Assembly (NCBI GenBank): GCA_009914755.4
Contig: CP068257.2
Coordinates: forward strand, 6,656,001-6,720,000
Origin: the human T2T-CHM13v2.0 reference genome, Homo sapiens
Reading direction: 5' to 3'
Length of the DNA: 64,000 nucleotides
Shown here in pieces: positions 56,750 to 64,000 of the stretch. The notes beneath the pieces are model-generated. The model was not told the DNA's origin, did no database searches, and worked only from the letters and a program-made list of their open reading frames with translations. Numbering within the stretch: position 1 is the stretch's first letter; each line of letters starts with the position of its first letter. A program made the translations under genes and the position numbers.

Positions 56750-59700
56750 GAAATGGAATGGAATCAACCTCAGTCAAATAGAATGGAATGGAATGGAATG
56801 GAATGGAATGGAATGGAAGGGAAAGGAACGGTTTGGAATCAACCCGAGTGGAATGGAATGGAATGGAATGGAATCCACCCGAGTGGAATGGAATGGAATG
56901 GATTGCAATGGAATTGAACGGAATATAATGGAATTAAATGGAATCATCCCGTGTGGAACGGAATGGTATCTAATGCAATGGAATGGAATGGAACAGAACG
57001 GAATGGAATGGAAGAATAGATTGAATCCAAGTGGAATTGAATGGAATGGAATGGATTGGAAAGGAATGGAATGGATTGCAATGGATTGGAATGGAATGGA
57101 ATGGATTCAACCCGAGTGGAATGTAATGGATTGGAATGGAATGGAATGGAATGGAATGGAATGGAATGGAATGGAATCAACACGAATGGAATGGAACGGA
57201 ATGGAATGGAATGGAATGGAATGGTATGGAATGAAATGGAAAGGAACGGAACAGAATCAACCCAAGTGGAATGGAATGGAAAGGAATGCAATTGAATGGA
57301 ATGGAATGGAATGGAATGGAATGGAATGCAATGGAATGGAATCAACCCGAGTGGAGTAGAATGGAATGGAATGGAATCAACCGCAGTGGAATGGAATGGA
57401 ATGGAATGCAATAGAATGGAATGGAATGGAATGGAATGGAATTCAATGGAATCAACCCGAGTGGAATGGAATGGTATGGAATGCAGTGGAATGGAGTGGA
57501 ACAGAACGGAATGGAATGGAATGGAAATGATTGAATCTGAGTGGAATTGAATGGAAGAGAAAGCATTGGAAAGGAATGGAAAGGATTCAACCCGAGTGGA
57601 ATGTAATGGATTGGAATGGAGTGGAATGTAATGGAATGGATTGGAATGGAATGGAATCAACACAAATGGAAAGGAATGGAATGGAATGGAATAGAATGGA
57701 AAGGAATGGAATGCAATGGAATGGAATGGAATGGAATGAAATGGAATAAACCTGAATGGAATGGAATGGAATGAATTGGAATAAACCCGAATGGAATGGA
57801 ATGGAATGGAATGGAATGGAATGGAATGGAGTGGAATGGAATAAACACCAGTGGAATGAAATGAAATGGAATGGAATGGTATGGAATGGAATGGAATGGA
57901 AAGGAATGAAATCAACCCCAGTATAATGGAACAGAATGGAAATGAATGCAATGGAATGGAAAGGAATGGAATCAACTGGAATGGAATTAAATGGAATGGA
58001 ATGGAGTGGAATGGAATGGAATGCATTGGAATCAACAAGAGTGAAATGCAATGGAATGGAATGGAATGGAATGGAATGGAATGGAATGGAATGGAATAGA
58101 ATGGAATCAACCCGAGTGGAGTGAAATCAAATGGAATGGAATGGAATGGAATCAACCTGAGTGGAACGGAATGGAATGGAATGGAATGGAATGGAATGGT
58201 ATCAACCAGAGTGGAATGGAATGGAATTGAATGGAATGGAATGGAATGGAATGCAATGGAATCAACTGGAATGGAATGGAATGGAATGGAATGGAACGGA
58301 ATGGAATGGAAACTACTGGAATGGAATGGAAACAACCCGAGTGGAATGGAATGCAATGAATGGAATGGAGTGGAATGGAATGGAATGGAATGGAATCAAC
58401 ACGAGTGTACTGCAACGGAATGAAATGGAATGGAATGGAATGGAATGGAATGGAATGGAATGGAACGGAATGGAACAGAACGGAATTGAATGGAATGGAA
58501 TCAACCCAAGTGGAAAGGAATGGAATGGAATGGAATGGAAGGAATGGAATGGAATGGAATGGAATAGCATGCAATCAACTTTGGTGGAATGGTATGGAAT
58601 GGTATGGTATGGAGTGGAATGGAATGGAATGGTATGGAATGGAATGGAATAAAAGGGCATGGAATGGAATGGAATTAACCCGAGAGGAATGGAATGGAAT
58701 GGAATGGAATGGAATGGAATGGAAGGAATGGAAATGAATCAAACCGAGTGGAATGGAATAGAATGGAATGGAATGGAATGGAAACAATGCAATGCAATTG
58801 TATCAACGGGAATGGAATGCATTGGAATGGAATGGAATGGAATCACCCTGAGTGGATAGGAATGGAATGGAAGGGAATGGAAAGGAATGGAATGGAATGG
58901 AAACTAATGGAATGGAATGGAAACAACCCGAGTGGAATGGAATGGAATGGAATGGAATGGAATGGAATGGAATGGAATGGAATACAACAAAATGGAAACA
59001 ACCCGAGTGGAATGGCATGGAATGGAAAGGACTTGAATATAATGGAATGGATTGGAATCAACCCGATTACAAACTAATGGAAAGCAATGGAATGGAATGG
59101 AATGGAATGGAATGGAATTTACCCGAGTGGAATGGAATGTAACGAAATTAAATGGAATGGAATGGAATGGAATGGAATGGAATACTACAAAATGGCAACA
59201 ATCCGAGTGGAATGGCATGGAATGGAAACGACCTGAATATAATGGAATGGATTGGAATCAACCCGATTAGAAACTAATGGAATGGAATGGAATGGAATGG
59301 AAACTACCCGAGTGGAATGGAATGTAATGGAATGGAGTGGAATGGAATGGAATGGAATGGAATGGAATGGAATGGAATGGAACAGAATCGAATCCAATGG
59401 AATCAACTGGAATGGAATGGAATGCAATGGAATGGAATGGAATGGAATGGAATGGGATCAATCCGGGTGGAATGGAATAGAATATAATGATGTGGAATGG
59501 AATGGAAGGGAGTGGAATGGAGTTGAATGGAATGGAATGGAATGGAATCAACCCGAATGGAATGGAACGGAATGGAATGGAATGGAATGGAATGGAATGG
59601 AATGGAATGGAATGGAATGGAGTCCACCCGAGGTGAATGGAATGGAATGGAATGGAACGGAATATAATGGAATGGAACGGAATCATCCCGAGTGGAATGG

Positions 59701-62700
59701 AATGGTATGGAATTCAATAGAATGGAATGGAACAGAACGGAATGAAATGGAATGGAATAGATTGAATGCGAGTGGAATTGAATGGAATGGAACGGATTGG
59801 AATGGAATGGAATGGACTGGAGTGGAATGGAATGGAATCAACACGAATGGGATGGAACGGAATGGAATGGAATGGAAAGGAACGGAATGGAATCAACCCG
59901 AGTGGAATGGAATGGAATGGAATGGAATCCACCCGAGTGGAATGGAATCGAATGGAATGCAATGGAATTGAACGGAATATAATGGAATTAAAAGGAATCA
60001 TCCCGAGTGGAATGGAATGGAATCTAATGCAATGGTATCTAATGCAATGGAATGGAATGAAACAGAACGGAAAGGAATGGAAAGAATAGATTGAATCCAA
60101 GTGGAATTGAATGGAATGGAATGGATTGGAAAGGAATGGAATGGATTGGAATGGATTGGAATGGAAAGGAATGTATTCAACCATTGTGGAATGTAATGGA
60201 TTGGAATGGAATGGAATGGAATGGAATGGAATGGAATGGAATGCAATGGAATCAACACGAATGGAATGGAACGGAATGGAATGGAATGGAATGGTATGGA
60301 ATGAAATGGAAAGGAACGGAATAGAATCAACCAAAGTGGAATGGAATGGAATGGAATGGAAGGGAATCAACACGAGTGGAATGGAGTGGAAAGGAATGCA
60401 ATGGAATGGAAAGGAATGGAATGGAATGGAAAGGAATGGAATGGAATGGAATGGAATGGAATGGAATGGAATCAACTCGAGTGGAGTAGAATGGAATGGA
60501 ATGGAATCAACCCCAGTGGAATGGAATGGAATCGAATGGAATGGAATGGAATAAAAGGGCATGGAATAGAACGGAATCAACCTGAATGGAAAGGAACGGA
60601 ATGGAGTGGAATGGTATGGAATGGAATGGAAACTACTGGAATGGAATGGAAACAACCCGAGTGGAATGGAATGCAATGGAATGGAATGGAGGGGAATGGA
60701 TTGGAATGGAATGGAATCAGCACGAGTGGACTGCAACGGAATGAAATGGAATGGAATGGAATGGAATGGAATGGAACGGAACGGAACGGAACGGAATTGA
60801 ATGGAATGGAATCAACCCAAGGGGAAAGGAATGGAATGGAATGGAATGGAATGGAATGGAATGGAATGGAATGGAAGAGTATGCAATCAAATTTGGTGGA
60901 ATGGTATGGAATGGTATGGAATGGAATGGAATGGAATGGTATGGAATGGAATGGAATAAAAGGGCATGGAATGGAATGAAATCAACCCGACAGGAATGGA
61001 AAGGAATGGAATGGAATGGAATGGAATGGAATGGAATGGAATGGAATGGAAATGAATCAAACCGAGTGGAATGGAACGGAATGGCATGGAAACAATGCAA
61101 TGCAATGGTATCAACGGGAATGGAATGCATTGGAATGGAATGGAATGGAATCATCCTGAGTGGATAGGATTGGAATGAAAGGGAATGGAAAGGAATGGAA
61201 TGGAATGGAAACTAATGGAATGGAATGGAAACAACCCGAGTGGAATGGAATGGAATGGAATGGAATGGAATGGAATGGAATACAACAAAATGGAAACAAC
61301 CCGAGTGGAATGGCATGGAATGGAAAGGACTTGAATATAATGGAATGGATTGGAATCAACCCGATTAGAAACTAATGGAATTGAATGGAATGGAATGGAA
61401 TAGAATGGAATGGAATGGAATGGCATGGAATCTACCCGAGTGGAATGGAATTGAATGGAATTTAATGGAATGGAATGGAATAGAATGGTATGGAATCAAC
61501 CCGAGTGGAATGGTATAGAATGGAACGTAATGGAACGGAATGGAATGGAATAAAACAGAATGGAATGGAATGGAAACAACCCGAGTGGAATGGAATGGAA
61601 TGGAATGGAGTGGAATGGAATGGAATGGAATGGAGTGGAATGGAATGGAATAGAATGGAATGGAATAGAATGGAATGGAATGAAATGGAATAGAATGAAA
61701 TGGAAAGGAATGGAATGGAAATAACCCGAGTGGAATGGAATGGAATGGAATGGAATGGAATGGAATGGAATGGAATGGAATCAACCCGAGTTAAATGGAA
61801 TGGAATGGAATGGAACGGAATATAATGGAATGGAACGGAATCATCCCTACTGGAATGGAATGGTATGGAATGCAATGGAATGGAGTGGAACAGAACGGAA
61901 TGGAATGGAATGGAATTGATTGAAACCGAGTGGAATTGAATGGAAGGGAATGCATTGGAAAGGAATGGAAAGGATTCAACCCGAGTGGAATGTAATGGAT
62001 TGGAATGGAGTGGAATGGAATGGAATGGAATAGAATGGAATGGAATCAACACAAATGGAATGGAATGGAATGGAATGGAATGGAATAGAATGGAAAGGAA
62101 TGGAATGCAAAGGAATGGAATGGAATGGAATGAAATGGAATAAACCCGAATGGAATGGAATGGAATGGAATGGAATGGAATGGAATGGAATGGAATGGAA
62201 TGGAATGGAGTGGAATGGAATAAACACCAGTTTAATGAAATGGAATGGAATGGAATGGAATGGAATACAACAAAATGGAAACAACCCGAGTGGAATGGCA
62301 TGGAATGAAAAGGATTGAATATAATGGAATGGATTGGAATCAACCCGATTAGAAACTAATGGAATGGAATGGAATGGAATGGAATGGAATGGAATGGAAT
62401 GGAATGGAATGGAATCTAACCTAGTGGAATGGAAAGGAATGGAATTTAAAGAAATGAAATGGAATGGAATGGAACAGAATTGAATGGAATGGAATGGAAT
62501 GGAATCTACCCGAGTGAAATGGAATGGAATGGAATTTAATGGAATGGAATGGTATAGAATGTAATGGAATCAACCCCAGTGGAATGGTATAGAATGTAAT
62601 GTAATGGAATGGAATGGAATAAAATGGAATGGAATGGAAACAACCCGAGTGGAATGGAATGGAATAACCGGAGAGGAATGGAATGGAATGGAGTGGAATG

Positions 62701-63900
62701 GAATGGAATAGAATGGAATAGAAAGGAATGGAATAGAATGAAATTGAAAGGAATGGAATGGAAACCACCCGAGTGGAATGGAATGGAATGGAATGGAATG
62801 CAATGGAATCAACCCGAGTGGAATGGAAAGGAATGGAATGGAACGGAATATAATGGAATGGAATGGAAACATCCCGAGTGGAATGGAATGGTATGGAATG
62901 CAATTGAATGGTATGGAACAGAACGGAATGAAATGGAATGCAATAGATTGATTGCGAGTGGAATTGAATGGAATGGAATGGATTGGAATGGAATGGAAAG
63001 GATTGGAGTGGAATGGAATGGAATCAACAAGAATGGAATGGAAAGGAATGGAATGGAATGGAATGGAATGGAATGGAATGGTAAGGAACAGAATGGAAAC
63101 AACCCGAGTGGAATGGAATGGAATGGACTGTAATCCACCCGAGTGGAATGGAATGTAATGGAATTGAACGGAATATAATGGAATTGAATGGAATCATCCC
63201 GAGTCGAATGGAATGGTATCTAATGCAATGGAATGGAATGGAACAGAACGGAATGGAATGGAAAGAATAGATTGAATCCAAGTGGAATTGAATGGAATGA
63301 AATGGATTGGAAAGGAATGGAATGGATTGGAATGGAAAGGAATGGATTCAACACGAGTGGAATGTAATGGATTGGAATGGAGTGGAATGGAATAGAATGG
63401 AATCAACACGAATGGAATGGAACGGAATGGAATGGAATGGAATGGAATGCTATGGAATGAAATGGAAAGGAACGGAATAGAATCAACCCAAGTGTAATGG
63501 AATGGAAGGGAATTGAAGGGAATCAACACGAGTGGAACGGAATGGAAAGGAATGCAATGGAATGGAATGGAATGGAATGGAATGGAATGGAATGGAAGGG
63601 AATGGAATGGAACGGAAAGGAATCAACCCAAGAGGAGTGGAATGGAATAGAATGGAACCAACCCGAGTGGAATGGAATGCTATGGAATTCAATGGAATGG
63701 AGTGGAACAGAACTGAATGATATGAAATGGAATTGATTGAATCCGAGTGGAATTGAACGGAAGGGAACGGATTGGAATGGAATGGAAAGGATTCAACACG
63801 AGTGGAATGTAATGGAATGGAGTGGAGTGGAATGGAATGGTATGGAATGTAATGGAATGGAATGGAATGGAATGAAATGGAATAAACCCGAATGCAATGG
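56750..63900 (+). repeat. HSat3 distal HOR 'E', copy 3 (~7.1-7.2 kb, reaching the window end)
   Basis: ORFs at 56748, 57531, 57866, 58121, 58852, 59252, 60091, 61160, 61490 and 61940 are colinear with 49610, 50408, 50713, 50843, (51421), 52000, 52829, 53898, ~54250 and 54633. Confidence 0.8.
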
Positions 63901-64000
63901 AATGGATTGGAATGGAATGGAATGGAATGCAATGGAATGGAATGGAATGAAATGGAAAGGAGTGCAATGGAATAAACACCAGTGGAACGAAATGGAATGG

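Larger units (their letters stand above)
9012..64000 (+). repeat. Human Satellite III (HSat3) array, (GGAAT)n on + strand / (ATTCC)n on - strand, with diverged CAACCCGAGT-type motifs. Continues past the window end.
   Basis: About 55 kb is made almost entirely of ggaat pentamers, punctuated by ~10-nt 'caacccgagt/caacacgagt/caacccaagt/aaacaccagt/catcccgagt' variants every few pentamers. Orientation is uniform: every + frame ORF is MEWNG-type and every - frame ORF is IPFHS-type. I found no Alu, L1 or unique-sequence interruption. Confidence 0.97.

Noticed and set aside
9016-63979. Hundreds of long ORFs (60-554 aa) on both strands across the satellite, e.g. 34956-36620(-) 554 aa, 56944-58356(-) 470 aa, 14192-15361(-) 389 aa
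   Set aside because: They come from a stop-free 5-bp repeat: MEWNG repeats on +, IPFHS repeats on -. All frames are open at once and the composition is extremely skewed. ORF ends coincide with diverged repeat units. They are not genes.
9012-64000. Regularly spaced short repeats that could superficially suggest a CRISPR-like array or a prokaryotic repeat system
   Set aside because: There are no unique spacers. The period is 5 bp with ~10-nt variant units. The flanks hold Alu and L1 elements and a CpG island. This is a human pericentromeric satellite, not a prokaryotic locus.

Overview
This window is human (primate) genomic DNA from the edge of a pericentromeric satellite block. It is not a prokaryotic or gene-dense locus. 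Positions 1 to ~9011 are unique and interspersed-repeat sequence containing the items listed next. There is a GC/CpG-rich, TATA-less promoter-like island at ~3.7-4.5 kb with YY1-, ETS/GABP- and ZNF143-like motifs. There are three Alu elements, two with clear target-site duplications. There is an antisense L1 ORF2 fragment and a sense L1 ORF2 fragment, the latter interrupted by two Alus. The sense L1 is cut off mid-ORF2 at ~9011, where an uninterrupted (GGAAT)n Human Satellite III (HSat3) array begins. That array runs to the end of the window (at least 55 kb), all in one orientation with the G-rich strand on +. It is organised as nested multi-kb higher-order repeats (HORs): a ~5.3 kb HOR present twice (13.4-23.9 kb) plus a partial third copy, a middle zone with ~0.8-1 kb and ~3 kb periodicities, and a distal zone (37.5-64 kb) with 4.5, 7.6 and 7.1 kb HOR copies that swap internal blocks. 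Every six-frame ORF from 9 kb onward (MEWNG... on +, IPFHS... on -) is an artefact of the stop-free pentamer, not a gene. I found no credible protein-coding gene and no novel protein system. The interesting biology is the satellite architecture, the L1/satellite junction, and the CpG-island promoter sitting directly beside the array.
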